Of a stretch of 64,000 bases of DNA, positions 15,330-28,775 are shown piece after piece; the first letter of the stretch is position 1, and every line of letters begins with the position of its first letter. Source of the DNA: Zootoca vivipara (taxonomy: Eukaryota); assembly GCF_963506605.1 (NCBI RefSeq), contig NC_083281.1, positions 57,784,001-57,848,000 on the forward strand. Reading direction: 5' to 3'. Under the pieces are notes generated by a model, which was not told the DNA's origin, ran no database searches, and worked only from the letters and a program-made list of their open reading frames with translations. Both the position numbers and the translations under genes were made by a program.

Positions 15330-16472
15330 GGCAGCAAAAGGAAGATGCACATGGGTTCCACTTCCGGCAGAGAGCCGGAAACTGCGCTACAAAGAAGCGC
15401 GTTGCACTATAAACACACAAGAGGCAAAACTTCCGTCTTCTTTTATAGTCAATTCCCGAGTTTAGGGGCAGCCTCGATTAGATTCTGCCTTTCCCCCCGA
15501 AATGATCCCAGCAGGGCTGCAGGGGCAGCCGAAAGCCGTGTGCATACCGAGAAGTTGCGTTTCTGAGTATTTAAAAACCGCTCGTATTTCCCATGCAAAA
15601 TAAAACCCTTTTAATTCAACTTCACTCCCTTTGGTCTACTTTGAATAGTTGCCCCTCATTGTTTTTTCGCAATGTTGTGTCGGGTGCTAAGACTTCGCAG
15701 AGTGATATGAAAAGGACATCAACAACGGAAGAAAAATTATGGGCAGCCCGAAGAAGTCCTTATGGAGCCCAGCCCCATATGCAACCGACCCAGAAATCGC
15801 AGGTGGGGCTTTACCCCATCGCCTTCATCTCCAAGTCCCTTCCTCCAGTCAACCAAGCAGGACCCCCGTTCCCCAGGCTGCCCGAGGCAGAGGCGTAGGG
15901 CGCCTTCCTGGAAGGGGCGAGACAGGCCGGACACGAAACGAAGATGTGGACCGAGAGAGGGAGAAACAGCGGTTCCCTTTGATTGGCTGAAGAGGCAACG
16001 CGGGAGCATCTGGCAACTGCTGCAGATGATCCCACCCCCCAGCCGTCGGGGCATCTTGATTCCCCCCCCCTTCTGGTGACTTCGCACGTGCAGCGCAGCT
16101 GCAGCAGCAGCCATCACCCTAGAAACGCCCTGCCAGAGACAGTGTCCCGGTCTCGGCCCTCGTGCTCCGTCCTCTATCCTCCCCAAGTCCGATTTCTCTG
16201 CCTCTGTGGGAACCTGCCCGGCGACTGCCCCCTTGATTTGCCTGGACAAGCAGCGCGACGGCGGGGGGCGAGCTGCCCATAGCCTTCCCTTCCACCCTCT
16301 ACGCTTTGTGGGCCTCCAGGCAGAGGAGCGAGCAGAGAGAGCCCCGCTAGGACCTGGACGGAGCTGAGACTACAGGGTCCCGCGCTCTGAGCCAGCGCTG
16401 CTCTCCGCGCTCCCCCGCCCACCACGTTCTCCTGCCCCGCCCACCGACTACGTCAGGGGAAAGACCCGTTGA
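15330..16472. promoter_or_regulatory. Divergent CpG-island promoter region for DHODH and TERF2
   Basis: CpG-rich. ETS motifs CTTCCGG/CCGGAA near 15360-15380, CCAAT (reverse) near 15982, GC boxes and TACGTCA near 16415-16456. Confidence 0.75.
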
Positions 16473-19400
16473 ATGGCGTCACTTTCGCCGCGCCCCCTTC
16501 CCGGCGTGATGGCGCGCGGGAGAGGGAAGATGGCGGCCGGTAGCCGCGGAGCATCGCCCGAAGGAGCCGCGGAGGTTCGCGAAAAGGCCTTGGAGGAGAC
16601 GGTGAACCGCTGGACCCTCCTCTTCTATGCCCACCGGGCCCTTCAGGCTTTCCGGGCCGGCCGCAGCCAGGACTTTCGCCAGTTGCGGGACGTCATATAC
16701 GGTGGGGAGACCAGTTTGTTTTACGACAGGGCCGTTTGGGGAACATTCGCTCTCGGTTAAATAACTGCAAATGTACTTCCTGCTAAGGAACGTGAATGTA
16801 AATAACTAATAATAGTAATTTTATTAGTTATACCCTGCCCATCTACCTGGGTTTCCTCAGTCACTCTGGGCACATATCAGAACATACTAAAACATCAAAC
16901 ATCAAACATTAAAATTATTACTTATTTGCATTTATATATTACATTTAATAGTCATTAGGTGTTCTCATTTAAGAAAAAATGAACCTAAAGTGACCATATA
17001 ATACAATCTATGTCCCTGGAACGTTTGTCATTTGCCTTTAGAAATTAAGGGAAACGATTTTTAAAGAAAATGCACAAAGTACAACCAACCAACAGCACAG
17101 AACCCAGAAGGAAGGTCTGAAAACAGCGGCTGTGATTCTCAGGAAGATGGTTAGGAATGGATACATGCCCCCTTAACTGAATGCCTCCTAAGCTCATCAC
17201 AGATGGTCAGGAGAAATTGAGTTTAATGAGTTTTGGGTTCGGGCTGTAGTTGAGTGATGGTTTCCAGAAGCCAACTGTTAGGAATGGCCTAGCACCTTTG
17301 GAGTGTAGTTCTAACAAACTCAACTATTGTGCTTTACCATTCATTTTCTTACAGTAATTACTTCCGTGTGTCTATAAATAAAATCTGTACATACTGCATT
17401 TCTTTCCCACAAAACACAGCCCCAGCAAGATACCTCTCCATTAAGACACTAAAAAGCAATGTGTGTGTTTGTGTACATATAGATACTAAAGGATATTGTA
17501 GATAACACACACACACAAGCAAATGCAAAGTGACTCCTGGGCCAAAGGGCATGTTGGGATGAAGTTGGCTGTCTGTATATGGCCAGGGGTACAGGATATG
17601 GGGCAGGGCTTTGGTGCCCTGGCCCAAGCCTCGTTACACCTGGTTTGCTGAACTATCTGATTTTGCTTAGTGGCTGTTTTGACTGTTTTGTTATTCTCCA
17701 GCTGTGCTTGCGCGGCCCCTAGCACTAGAGAAATGCATTGGCATTCAGCTGCGGATTATCCAGTTTCTGTCTAGGATTGAAGAAGATTGGACCATTGATA
17801 CCAAGACCAAGTTAACACCTCTTGAACATGCCCTTGTTCTTTTGGATAAGATGAAGAATGAATTGGACATAGACATTGATGTAATAGAAGAAATAAGAAA
17901 AAAAATAAAGGAAGCAGTAAGTGTTAGCATTTCCTCTTCTGTAGGCACTGATTACTGTTTCTCAGCCTAGTTGGAAAGTATGAGGACAGCTGTCTTAAGT
18001 TTCAAAATGCAGTATTAGGAAATTTTATTTAAGGTGCTAATTCAATGGCAGGATTAACTCTTGCCTGTTTTTCTCCATGCTTAAATTAGACTTTTAAATA
18101 AGTTTACAAAAGTTAATAGAAGCAAGGAGGCAAGATTCTTGTATGATGGGATGAAATGAGAGAGAAATTTATCCTCAAAAGTGCCTGAGTTTATTGGAAC
18201 TCAGCATGTTTTGAAAACTTGTTTCCTTTGGGCGATCCAGGAAAAGTTCCTTGCAAACCATTATTTTGTCTTTCTTCTCCAGGCTGTTATAACCTGTCTA
18301 AAAAACAAAGAATACGAACAAGCCAGCAAGATCTTGAAGAAACACATGTCAAAGGACCCAAGTTCCCAGGTGAGCTTTCAGCAGGTATGAGTTCATGTCG
18401 CAGTTGTTGTTGTTAAAATGTGCCTCTTGTAGGGTCATTTCACTGCAAAGCAGAGTCATGGTTTGTCCTTCCCACATTCTCCAATTCAGTGAGTGTCTTA
18501 AATACTTGAGAGTTTATTGTCCTCCTTACGCAATGAGAAAAATTGCATCCGCAAGCAGCACACGTTGCTACAGATTGTGGTTCACATCTCTAGTCATTAT
18601 TCTTTCATGCATTTGTGACATTACCTATAGTGCTCTTGTGGTTTGGTTTGGTTTGGTTTGGTTTGGTTTGGTTTGTTTAAACTTCTAATGACTGCAAAGT
18701 AGTACTGAAAAACATTTCCCCTTGCTTAGAAATTGAGCTCAGTGTTGCAGAACATCATCCGAGAAAAAAACTTCGCTCATCCAGCCATCTGGAACTTCTC
18801 CTATAAAGCTTTCCAGCAGAGAATACTTCTATATTTAGAAAGCTGCTTGAGTGACTCTGAGCCCTTTCTCCTAGAGGTAAGCAAGGTTGAGATATGGGAT
18901 GTTGTAGTGGGAGTACAGCTCAGTAGTTGAGCATCTGCTTTGCATGCAGAAGGTCCCAAGTTCAATCCCTGGCATCTCTAGGTAGGACTGGGAATGTCCC
19001 CTGCTTGAAACCCTGGAGAGCCACTGTCACTCAATGTGTGGTGATAGGAAACTATATGAACCATTGGTCTGGCTTGGCATAAGGCAGCTTTCTTTCTTCA
19101 TATGTTCCTGTGTGTTGCTGGAGCACTTGAATATCACCCACATTGCTACAGCAGAATTCTTGCCGTCTAAACACTGTGATCAAAAAAGTACATTCAATAC
19201 CTAAGGCTTAAGACAGAAGCCTCCCTGGACAAACTATTATGTGTTTGGGAAATATTTTTTTGTGAAGAACAAAGTGCCCCACTGCAGAACAGCACAGGGC
19301 TCCAATGTCACATTTGACATATATCAAGCTTGTAACCTGACAATGTTTTGGACTAGCAATTCCCAACAGCTCAGCATCATGCGGCTGTGCTGTCTGGGGC

Positions 19401-22400
19401 TTAGGGGAGTTGCAGGTAAAGCATCTTCAGGGCACCAGCTTGGGCATGGCTGCTGTATACAACTAGAAAAAAGAAAATAAAGTAGAGAAGTGTTCTATAG
19501 TAACTGTGTTCACATTCTCTGTTTAAGATGGCAAAAAAGGATTTGGACGAGACGAGGCTCAATCCTTTGGAAATGGCCAGCAAGGAGGAAATGGTGAAAG
19601 AAACCTCAGAGATAGCAGCAGCAGATAAACCTGAATCTGTGGGAAGACCTGATGAGACTTTGGAAGAGCCCAGGCCTGAGGGAGGGTCTAGCAATACAGT
19701 GGAAGAACAGCCAAAGTCTCTTGGGGGAGACCATGAGACAGCCTCAAGGCCTTTGATGGAGGCAAAGGGAGCTGTTTTGGAACTTGCTAAAGTGGTTGAT
19801 GAGTCCCAGGCAGCTTCAAAGCCAGAAGAAGAAACCAGTGGAGCTGCAGAACCTGCTGTGGTTGCTGCTGCCACTGTCTCAGTAGCTTCCAGTGACTCTG
19901 ACAGGTTAGCAGCCTATGACCTCTTAAAGTTTTGACTACCTTTGCCATGCTGGGCAGCTGTTTTGCCATACAAATTCTGGCTCTCAGCACTCAAACTCAA
20001 ATTGTACCTGCTGCCAGGGGAGCAAGGTCTTGGGGGTGAGGTCAACAACATAAATTGGCAAAACTTGTGGAGCAACCTCCTGGTGTTTATTTTGCAGGTG
20101 CTTGCCTAAGAGGATGGGCTCGTATGGGTTTTCTACTCTGAGAGACGCTTTCAAGATGCTGTCCAATTCCCCAGATGCAGATGAAGAGTTTTCAAAACTG
20201 GACAAGTTGGACTGGACTTTTCCCAAGCCATGTTTGGCTTCTGATTTCCACGCAGCCAAGTGCCAAAGGGAGAAGAACCATGCTGCCTCCAGGCCGCACC
20301 CCAGTGAACGCTCAGTGTCCATAAGCACACTGGTTATGGGGTCAGAGAGCTGGAACCCCCCAACTTCCTGCCAGGTTTCATCCAAGAGGCCTGTGGCAAC
20401 TTTGGTTGTCCGGCTTGAACAACCCCAAATACCCACCCAGCCTGATGATACCTCCCAATATCCCAGGTAAGAGGTCATGACTGCTGTGGGGTCTGCTGGG
20501 GAACCGGCACAGCATGAGGCATTTGGTGCAACTTTCACCTTTGTAAAGAATCCATTAGAAGGCCTTCGGCCTCAGCCCAGAAGCTCCAGGGAAGGCAAAG
20601 GTGGTTTGCAGTGGTAGGGTTGCATCGCTGTGCATCTTCTCCCCCAGCTAGTAGAAGCAGGTTGCAAAAGAATCTGGTTCACATACCTTGCCTTTATTTT
20701 TATTACTCAGATTGTAAATGTAGCAGAATTGACAATACGGTCTCTGGCCCTATTAAAGACTGCTAAACAAATTTATTGTGACAGAAACACCTGTGCCAGA
20801 CTCTGCTTTGTCAGATGCCTGGAATGTTAGCTTCAGTTGCCAGACAAAAGGTAGAAAATGTTATTTATCTCCCCCCCTCCCTCCTTCTGTCTGTACCAAG
20901 GATAAGGGTTTGTGTTTCTGCCACCAGCTTTTTGCTCATTTTTAAGCTGCCATAGGTCTCTGCAGTGGTGTCTTTGCTGTGACAAATTAACCTTGCTCCT
21001 TGTCTGATACTTAACCCAGCATCTCCATAATCCTGGTTGTGTGTAACATTAATAGATGCAGCTCAGTCCTGTCTCATCTCCTTGTGGGGTAAGTCTTTCC
21101 TCACTTGTGTTTCTCTGTTCCGTTCAGATTAGCCAAGAGGAGACTGATTTGTTTAGATCAGGCTGAAGAAAAGGAGGTCTGGAGTGATGAGGATGAACTC
21201 TTTGGTAAGCAGCAACTGTTTGAATCTGCCTGCCTGGTTTTGGCATGATCAAGGGTGTTTTGCCCCAAGGCTGCTATTGCAGAAATATAGCGAAGCTACT
21301 CTCAAAATAGCAAAGCTGCCAAGCAGCTGAGGCTCTCCTCTGTGAGTGTCTGAATGTCAGGCCAGGAGCTTTGAGTTCCCATTGTCTGCTCCTTAGAATT
21401 GAGAAGTTAATTGGGGCCTGGTGAAGCAGCTAGTCTCCTGTACACAGTAAGCAGAGGGATTTTGGGGCACAGCTCTTGGATCAGAAAAGTAAAATATTTG
21501 GACTGCCTGCCCCAAGTGCACAGCAGCAGCACTGACAAAATCATTGCCTTTTGCCTCAGACTGGCTTCTTGTTCTGCAGGATGCTCAATTGTAGCTCCAT
21601 GCACTCTTCTAATTAAAGCATCTGTGCAGTTTTGATGGCTTCCCACATTGCATTACCCAGTGACATAACAATGACATGGAGAAAAACATGGCCAGCATGG
21701 CAAGCAAAGAGCACTGTTAACTGCGGTCCTTCAGGAGGCTTGCTTAGGCTATGCACAAACTAGCTAAAGGCAAAACTCTCAGAACCTGGTAAACATCTTG
21801 CAAAACAAAGTGATCAATTTTGTGAACCGTGCTAGAATGAGGTGGCAACTGTGAGTGAACATGGATGGCTGTTTGCCACATAGTTTGGGGTTGCTATATC
21901 TTGAAGAGCAAAAAAGAGGACAGCCTGAGCCATGGCTAGAAGTGCACCCACATACTTCTTTTCCCAGCTTGGGCTGGCAGCAGCAGTGGTGTGTAGAGTT
22001 GGCCAATCAATCACCTCTCCCTATAACCCCGGACATTTCCTTTAAAATGTAAAAATCCCCCTGGATGAGCCTGTTGGCCCCCCAAAAGAGGACATGTCAG
22101 GGATGTCCTGGGTGTATGGCAACCCTAACATAGTTCCATCAGTAGTTGACTGTCTGCACATCATGCCAAGGGCTGGGTGGAATTTGACCACTACCCTGGA
22201 TTTCTGATGAGGTGCAGTAGTGGTAAAACCTCCCAGCTGCTGAGCCAGTAGAAATAACCAGCTTACCGAGTGGTTCCATGCATCCCATAAAGTTTGTAAA
22301 TTAATTTGTGTTTCAGAATCGAAGGAAGAAAGCAGCAGCAGCATCAACACTTCCCTCTTGGATTCTAAAAGGAAGGTAACCAAGCCTAGACCCGGTCTGG

Positions 22401-23218
22401 AACTGAGCACTCCAGTGGGGAGAAATAGACCTGCCTTGACAAGACCCCTCTAAATAGAGGCCAGTTAATGAGGACCCCCTCTCCCCAAATGAAATTCCTA
22501 TTTATGGGAACATAGGAAGCTGCCATATACTGAATCCTGGTCCGTCTACCTCAGTATTGTCTGTGCTACAGGGTTTCAGGCCAGGTGCCTCTTTTGCAGC
22601 TCTACCTGGAGATATCACAGATTTGAAGCTGGGATCTTTTGCATATTCAACCACTGGACTAAGGGGCCTCTCCTAATTAATTAATCAAGGGCCTTGGATA
22701 CCCAAATGTTTCAAAGAAGCCTGGGCAATCTCAGCACATCATATCTGCTATCTTTGATAGCCTCTTCAACCACACTGTAAGGTGGCTGAATTTTATTTTT
22801 ATTACCCACATATTGCAGAAGGAGGACTAAGTGTGGAGAGCGTGCCACCAAGTTGGGTTTAATGTCTTGAAATATGGGCTAGATATTTACCTGCTGTGAG
22901 TCACTGGGCTACATCCCACGTCAGCGGCAATCCTCTGTTAGCAACAGCCATGGACCATCTCCAGAGGGTGGGGTATCTGTCGTTCTGTCATGGGGGCAGG
23001 GGGCAAGTCTTGCAGCACTTGATGGTTGCTCATGAGAGCCTGTGTTCTCTTCTTTCTAGTTCTGGACTTCAGAGGAGTCTCGGTGGATTAAGGAAGGCGT
23101 GAAGAAGTTTGGAGAAGGGAGGTGGAAAGCCATTTCCCAGGCTTTCCCCTTTAAGAACAGGACTCCTGTGGCGATCAAGGACCGATGGCGGACAATGAAG
23201 AATCTGGGGCTCTCGTGA
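16473..23218 (+). CDS. TERF2: Telomeric repeat-binding factor 2 (shelterin)
   Basis: Exons 16473 (or ATG 16509/16530)-16701, 17702-17916, 18283-18369, 18730-18876, 19528-19904, 20098-20466, 21128-21204, 22317-22375, 23060-23218. Contains the TRFH domain (LEETVNRW...FRQLRD, LTPLE), a RAP1-binding motif ([11 protein letters not shown]...FSKLD), WSDEDELF, and the telobox Myb domain (WTSEES...IKDRWRTMK). Confidence 0.95.
18639..18676. repeat. (GGTTT)n microsatellite
   Basis: Directly visible. Confidence 0.9.
18910..19108 (+). mobile_element. tRNA-derived SINE (Squam2-like); related copies near 22509-22660 (-), 32185-32370, 34395-34560, 45385-45570 (-)
   Basis: tRNA-Ala-like head AGCTCAGT...GAGCATCTGCTTTGCATGCAGAAGGTCCCAAGTTCAATCCCTGGCATCTC, then the shared body GAAACCCTGGAGAGCCACTG and tail CATAAGGCAGCTT. 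Confidence 0.72.
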
Positions 23219-25328
23219 ACCTGGGGAATGACCTGGAGGCAAGTGCCTGAGCTCCAGCGCTATGTGGACATAGGGTGGGCCAGAGGTACTTTTGCAGTGT
23301 ATTGCATTGGGCCAGCAGGCTGATGACCACAATCTCTTAGCATCACTAGAGGCTTCTCCCTCTGCTTTCTGACACAGGCTCTCCTCCTCCCTCCATTTTT
23401 TTCCCAATACTGAAAATACAGATTCAACCAACAGAACTTGTGTAAATAATCGGTATGGAAAGTGTGCACGTTTTACAGTATTAAAAAATGTCATTTCAAA
23501 TTTTTATTACTTGTCTTTTAAATGTTACTTTTCACTGTAGGTCTGCTGTGATATTAATAAACTGGTATTATCCCATAATCATCTGGAGTACAAATGCTAT
23601 AAATAAGGTTAAAGTAAAAAGACACAAAGAGGACAACATCATCTTATAGTCTCAAACATTCTAATTTACTTGTGGAATCAACTTATTTCAATTAGTATTA
23701 ATAACATACTATATAAAATCCCACCACACTGCACCAAAATCCAAAGGTTATGCCTCACCTTGAATTAATTTAAAACTAAATGTAATTTTTACTGAAATTG
23801 CAGTGTTGCACATGTTTTTATACCACAAAATATTTCCAGTGTTGGACAATAGACCGCCTTGCTACAGTTGGTAAAGTGTTGAGTTCTTTAGATACTACGT
23901 TTTTATTTGTACCTTGGAACATTGTTAAAATAAAAAGCTATGGAGTGAATTCAATTGTTTATTAGTGCTGTTAGTTCTATGTGAACCAGGGACCAAACAA
24001 CTTGTATTCAAGAACAAGTCCACCATAAATGTATATTTGTCCCCTTAGTGTCATATCCACACCAACATAAGGGGCTTATAGTTGATGTGATGTTGGGATG
24101 GAGTCCTATACCACCTGTGGAAGATTTTGAGTGGAAGTTCTTTAATACTTGCAGACACTGACTTAAAGGGTTTCTTCATCTATATGCCTTTCCAAATTGA
24201 GTCTTCCACTGTTACTTTTACATCATATTCCCATATTGATTTTAGGCTAGACAAGTCCCCAAATTAATTCTGTATTAAGTGACCATAAAATTTTGATACT
24301 ATTTCCTTACCTCAATTACCTAGTGGCACCTTGGATCATTCAAAAGAAGTTGCATGTAATTTAACTATCAGATCCTTTAGTAAATGTTGAATTTGTTGAA
24401 TTTGAAGCCTGTTTAAAGTTAATTCCCATTTTTTGTGCATTTAAAGGTTACTGGTCTTACTCCTGTAAAAAAAAATCACACAGTCTGAAATAACCCAATT
24501 TTACCCTGTTCTTTATTTTAGCTTTTAAAGTATCATCTTTCAGACTGGCCTATGTCTGCAGAGCAGTGAGCAGTGAACAACCTGGGAAGAGTCAACTTCC
24601 ATTTTTTCCGTATCCTCAGTTTAGTTTGTAAATATGGGTTATTCATTTGGGCGATAATTTTAAGGATTAAGGTTTTTGAAAGATAAAGCACATAGCAGAC
24701 CTAGGGCTATTTGTTTTTCTTCCAAATTAATCCATTTCTTACCATCATTCATAATCAAGAAAGCCTGCTGTCTCAATTGGAATTCAACATGGTATACTGA
24801 GAAGTTTGGTAAACCCCTTCATTAAAAAAAGAAAAGAAAAGATTTCATGTGCAACCTTGAAGACTTACCTTGAAAAATGAAACAATTTTACTTTGCCATT
24901 TGGACGTTGGAGAAAAGTAGGGAGGACCTGAAAAAGGGACAGAAAATGGTGAATTAACATATGTACTGCTGCAATAGAGCCTAAAATGGAAAGGTTAAAT
25001 TTGTTCCATTTTTTTTAAAGTCTGTGTTCATTTTTAAAATAATGGGATAATTCAGTTTAGATTCATGGTTCATGATTTTTAGAATTGGCACACCCCCAAG
25101 TCTCCAAATGCAGACTATGACATGTGTGTATTTGAATCAGTGGTGGAAGACTGAAAAACATTGATTTTCCAATGTTTACTCTTAAGCCTGTCACTTCAGA
25201 AAAAGATATTAATTCTTCCATTAATGCACAGGCTGACCCCTTAGGGCCTTTCATCATCACAACAATATCATCTGCATACATTGTCAACAGATGTTCTTCG
25301 CCCTCTCTCGAATATCCTTTTAGATTTG

Positions 25329-28300
25329 TTTTTTTTTTTTTTAAATACATTTTATTCCGATTTTCCAAATTCAACAAATTAACAAAACCAATCTTTTATA
25401 CAAAATCTTATATTCACATCTTTTACCTTGCTCCGCCGAGCTATGACTTCCCCCCCTCCCTTCATGCGGGTTTCTTGTTAATTCCCTTTTTTGCAGTTCC
25501 TTTTTTAACATATTGGTCAATTCGTAAGGTTTATTTTAATCCTGCGAGAGTTTTTAATAATCTACAGTTTTTCTCCATATAGTCCACATATTTACTCCAG
25601 TCCTTTTGAAACCTTGTCTCCCCCTGGTCACGAATCTTGCATGTCAATCTAGCAAGTTCAGCATAGTCCATCATTTTTATCTGCCACTCCACAATTGTAG
25701 GTAATTCCTGTAGTTTCCATTTTTGGGCTAACAAAGTCCTAGCCGCGGTTGTTGCATACATAAACAGTGTTTGATCTTCTTTTCTAATCTCTCCTCCTAT
25801 TATTCCTAACAAAAATGCTTCTGGTTTTTTTGGGAAGGTATATCTAAACATCTTTTTCAATTCATTATATAAACTTTCCCAAAATCTTTTAACTTTTTCG
25901 CATGTCCACCACATATGATAAAATTCACCATCTTTCTCTTTACATTTCCAGCAACTTTTATCACTCATTCTATACATTTTAGCTAACTTAACTGGAGTTA
26001 AATACCATCTGTACATCATCTTATATACATTTTCTTTCAAGGCAGTACATGCTGTAAATCTTAAAGTTTGATTCCATAGTTTCAACCACGCATCATATTC
26101 AATATTATGCCCCAAATCTTTTGCCCATTTAATCATCACTTCTTTTGTCAACTCATCTTTTGTATACCACTCCAACAACAGATCATACATCTTTGTCAAA
26201 AGCTTTGTTTTGCCTTCTAGCACTTCTATTTGAAATTTGGATCTTTTATCCTCAAAACCTATTTTTCTATCTTCTTTAAGCACATCATTTATTTGATGGT
26301 ATTCTATCCATCCTGTTAACACTCCTTTAATGTCCTCAAAAGGTTTTAAACTCCATCCTTTTTCAGTTTTCGTCAAGATTTCCTCATACGTGGCCCGCCT
26401 CTTTTCCATATTTACTTTCTTAACTGTTAATACCTCTGCTGGTGAGACCCACCAGGGTGTTTTAGTCTCTAACAGCCTTTTATTTCTTTCCCACACCTCG
26501 TACAGAGATCTTCTTATCACATGATTCGTAAACCCGGTATGTGATTTCTTTTTGTCATAACATAAATATGCATGCCATCCAAATCTATTGTTAAAACCTT
26601 CCAAATCTAACAAGTCCGTATTCTCTAGAGTTATCCATTCTTTTATCCAACAGATACAGGACGCTTCGTAATAAAGTCTCAAGTCTGGCAGGGCGAATCC
26701 ACCTCTTTCTTTCTTATCTACCAAAATCTTATGTTTTATTCTAGGTTTTCTCCCCTGCCAGACAAATCTTGATAAAATCTTTTGCCACTCTTGGAATTGC
26801 CTCGTACCTTTAACCACAGGTATAGTTTGAAATAGGAATAACATCTTAGGTAATACATTCATTTTTATTGTTGCAATTCTTCCTAAGAATGACATTTTCA
26901 TATTAGTCCATCTTTCCAGGTCTTTCTTTATTTCCTTCCATACTTGTTCGTAATTATCACTGTAAAGATTAATATTCTTTGCTGTCATCCATATTCCCAA
27001 ATATTTTACCTTTTTAGCCACGTCGAGTCCATGTTTTAACTGTAATTCCTGTTTTTCTTCTTTCGACATATTCATTGCCATAACCTTGGTTTTTTGTCTA
27101 TTTAATTTGAATCCTGCCAATTGACCAAATTTCTCCATTACTTCTATAGCTTCTGCAACACTTTCCTTTGGATTTTCCAATGTTAAAACTAAATCATCTG
27201 CGAAGGCTTTCACTTTAAATTGCTTTGCACCTACCTTAATACCTCTAATTGTAGATAGGTCTCTTAATCTGATCAATAATATTTCCAGGACCATGATGAA
27301 CAATAACGGTGATAAAGGGCAACCCTGTCTAGTTCCTTTTGTGATTTCAAAATATTCTGTTAGGGTGTTATTAATTATCAATCTTGCCTTTTGCTCTGAA
27401 TAGATCGCCTCGATCCCATTCACGAATGTATTCTTCCCAACCATTGATTCCAAATTCCTCTTCATGAATTGCCAAGATATATTGTCAAAAGCTTTCTCAG
27501 CATCTACAAACATCAAGACAGCTGGTTTATCTATCTTGGTCTCCAGATATTCTATTACATCTATTATGTGTCTTACATTATCCTTTAGCTGTCTACCAGG
27601 AAGAAAACCAGCCTGATCCTTATGTATTATTTGATTTAAAACTTCTTTCAATCTCTTGGACATTATATCTGCAAAGAGTTTGTAATCATTATTCAATAAT
27701 GAGATTGGTCTATAATTTTTGACTTCTAAGCCATCCGTATCCGGCTTTGGGATCAATGTTATGTATGCCTCTTTCCATGTATTTGGGATCTTTCCCCCCA
27801 ACAGAATATCATTCATCATTTCCTCTAAAACTGGAACCAACAGTTCATTCAGTACTTTATAATATTTCGCCGTTAAACCATCTGGTCCTGGTGCTTTACC
27901 TTGTTTCATTCTCCCTATTGCTTGTTGTACTTCTTGTGTCGTTATCCTGTTATTTAGCTTTTTCCTCTCTTCTTCTGGAATTGGTTTCAATCCATATTTT
28001 CCTAGATACTCACTGATCTTCTTCTCATCTTCTTTCTTTTTGCAATACAAATCCTTATAGAATTTTTGAAAGGTTTTCTTAATCTCCTTTGAATCTTCCG
28101 TCGTTCCTCCCTCTGTTTTAATCTTAGTTATTATGTTCTGATTTTGACGTTTCCTTAACTGCCAAGCCAACAGTTTTCCTGTTTTATTCGCCGATTCGAA
28201 ATTTCTTTGTCTCATTTGTTTTATTTTCCACTCAATCTCCTGATTGATCAACATGGAGAATTGTGTCTGTAACATCTTTATATTATTCTTTATTTGCTGA

Positions 28301-28775
28301 TTCTCGGGTTTATCAATCAGGTTCTTCTCATTTTCCATGAGACATTTCAAAATTTCTTCTTTCTTCCTTTCTTTCGTTTCAGAAAACTGTTTTGCTGTAT
28401 TAGAAAGCCTCTCATCACTGCTTTACTTGCATCCCATACCATATCCAGTCCGGTATCCTTGTATAAATTCCAATGAAAATAGTCTTTCAGGGTCTTCTTA
28501 GCTTTCGAGACCACCTCTTTATCATCAAATAAATCTTCGTTCATTCTCCACCTGAAGGACTTTTGGTCTTTGTTTTTCAATTCCATGAATATAGAGTTAT
28601 GGTCTGACAGTGTACGTGGTATTATCTCTGTTTTACTCACCCTGGGCACTAGTTCCTTGGAGATCCACATGTTATCTATCCTTCCCGAACTCTGATTTGG
28701 TTCTGAGAAGAATGTAAATTGTTTAGTTGTAGGGTGCCTCAGTCTCCAAATATCCACTAGACCCAGGTTTTCTAT
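25329..28775 (-). mobile_element. Young 5'-truncated L1-clade LINE
   Basis: Poly(A) tail (T run from 25329), AATAAA, and a perfect 18-bp TSD AATATCCTTTTAGATTTG at 25311-25328 and 28776-28793. Confidence 0.95.
25531..28757 (-). CDS. L1 ORF2p (partial APE endonuclease, reverse transcriptase, CCHC knuckle), one frameshift near 28350
   Basis: 28757-28347: APE C-terminus (DIWR, GRID, SDH). 28350-25531: 939 aa with KAPGPDG, YRPISLLN, DAEKAFD, GTRQGCPLSP, FADD, KYLGI and CWKC...HMWWTC. Confidence 0.93.

Noticed and set aside
16080-16280. Alternative DHODH first exons (MAAAAAALH; MGSSPPAVALLVQ)
   Set aside because: Weak or non-canonical donors. 15329-15300 has a better Kozak context, a GTGAGG donor and the right phase.
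18639-18676. (GGTTT)n inside TERF2 as a telomere-like autoregulatory site
   Set aside because: Not TTAGGG; an ordinary pentanucleotide microsatellite.
18910-18980. Apparent tRNA-Ala gene
   Set aside because: Acceptor and D stems are broken, and it continues into a body shared with several other copies, so it is a SINE head.
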